Source of the DNA: Squalus acanthias
Taxonomy: Eukaryota
NCBI GenBank assembly: GCA_030390025.1
Contig: CM059431.1
Location: 112,036,001 to 112,100,000, forward strand
Direction of reading: 5' to 3'
Length of the DNA stretch: 64,000 nucleotides
Shown here: positions 63,017 through 64,000 of the stretch, piece by piece
How the letters are laid out: each line of letters starts with the position of its first letter
Numbering within the stretch: the stretch's first letter is position 1
The notes under the pieces: generated by a model
What the model saw: the letters and a program-made list of their open reading frames with translations, nothing else
The model's database searches: none
What the model was told of the DNA's origin: nothing
Position numbers and translations under genes: made by a program

Positions 63017-63591
63017 GTAAGTTTAATCAAGTCTAAAGTGCTTCGCTGCATATGTGCAATGTATGTTTTGTGTTGTGCTTTGTGTGCCAAACACAAGCAT
63101 GACGTGCTTGCAAAACAAGGCTAATGAAATGATGTCCCAATAGTCCCCTAGTGTAAGTGTCTCTGAGCTGGGGATTTTATTTTAATTGTTTTGTGTGTTT
63201 AATACCCCAATGCATTCAATCCCTGAAAATGGTCCAGTAAGCTTGCAGTTATGCTTTCGGCTGTGTGCAGCAGGCAATACAAGGTAACAACACATTAAAG
63301 GCAGCACTGTTTTAACTATAAATGCTTGACAAGTAAAAGATGAAGATTGTTAAAAGATCAATTGTATTAATTTTTAGTCCATGGATTTGTAATTGAGATC
63401 AATAAATTCCACCATGTGTTTTAAATCGAATAACCGTACAGAATTTAGTAAAATATCAGCTTCAAGATATGCATTCTTTCTTAAAAATAATAATAAATAT
63501 TTTCTTCATATTTTTGATGCTGACTATAAAACCTGAATTTAAAAATGAGCAGCGTAGGGGGTAAGGTAACTTGTTTTGAAGGGGTTTCAAT

Positions 63592-64000
63592 GGCCTGGAA
63601 TTTGCACTCGGGATGATGGCGAACTGGCAGCGTTTGCCTCATTCCACCGTTGAAACTGACCGCAACTTCGGGATTTGGCGCGTGCGGAAATCCCGAAGTT
63701 GCGGTCAGTCATTGACGGCTCTGAAACAGGCTGCGCTGTGCCCCTCCCCCCCCCCCCCCCCCCCCCCCCCGAGCCAGCAATCTGTGTAATCAGCTAAATC
63801 ATTGAAACTGACGGCAACTTTGGCTCTTCCACAGTAATTACGCTGTTAAATTCCCCACTGATAGTTAGACCCAAAGGGAGTAGGTGCAACTGCGGTTTTA
63901 ACAGTTTATTGACTGCTAAACAAAGGTTAAGGACCTGGAAAACTAATTTTAATTTTGTGCCGTGTGAAATTTGTCCATTTTAATAAAAATTAAAATTTTT
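63592..64000. mobile_element. TIR element of the 36800 family, running off the window
   Basis: aat|GGCCTGGAATTTGC; collinear with 36800-37170; internal hairpin tgaccgcaacttcgggattt / aaatcccgaagttgcggtca. Confidence 0.8.

Noticed and set aside
63745..63769. Long poly-C runs (also 13356-13385 and poly-G 60347-60359) as G-quadruplex elements
   Set aside because: Simple homopolymers, prone to slippage and sequencing error; no evidence of function

Overview
Cartilaginous-fish (shark-like) genomic DNA containing an internal part of a large + strand LMO7 (LIM domain only 7) gene. Ten coding exons can be stitched into one open frame with GT-AG introns. They run from the end of the calponin-homology domain (4326-4432), across a ~39 kb intron, to a 33-nt micro-exon at 62984-63016; neither gene start nor end is in the window. 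The rest is intron packed with non-LTR retroelement fragments (CR1, L2, RTE, Penelope-like), tRNA-derived SINEs (DeuSINE-type and others) and short TIR-bounded DNA elements. Most of the provided ORFs are repeat-derived or spurious. I found no clearly new gene system. The best leads are: (i) a run of five frame-symmetric phase-2 LMO7 exons carrying a repeated PDxxxDDxxxR[KR] motif, two of which I cannot match to the human protein as I recall it; (ii) four minimal hammerhead-ribozyme motifs in Penelope-like elements, with helix-I covariation; (iii) clear retrotransposition scars (RTE 5' inversion with TSD, triplicated target/element junction); (iv) a candidate in-frame alternative first exon at 6657-6706. 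All family names come from recognition by eye, not from database searches.
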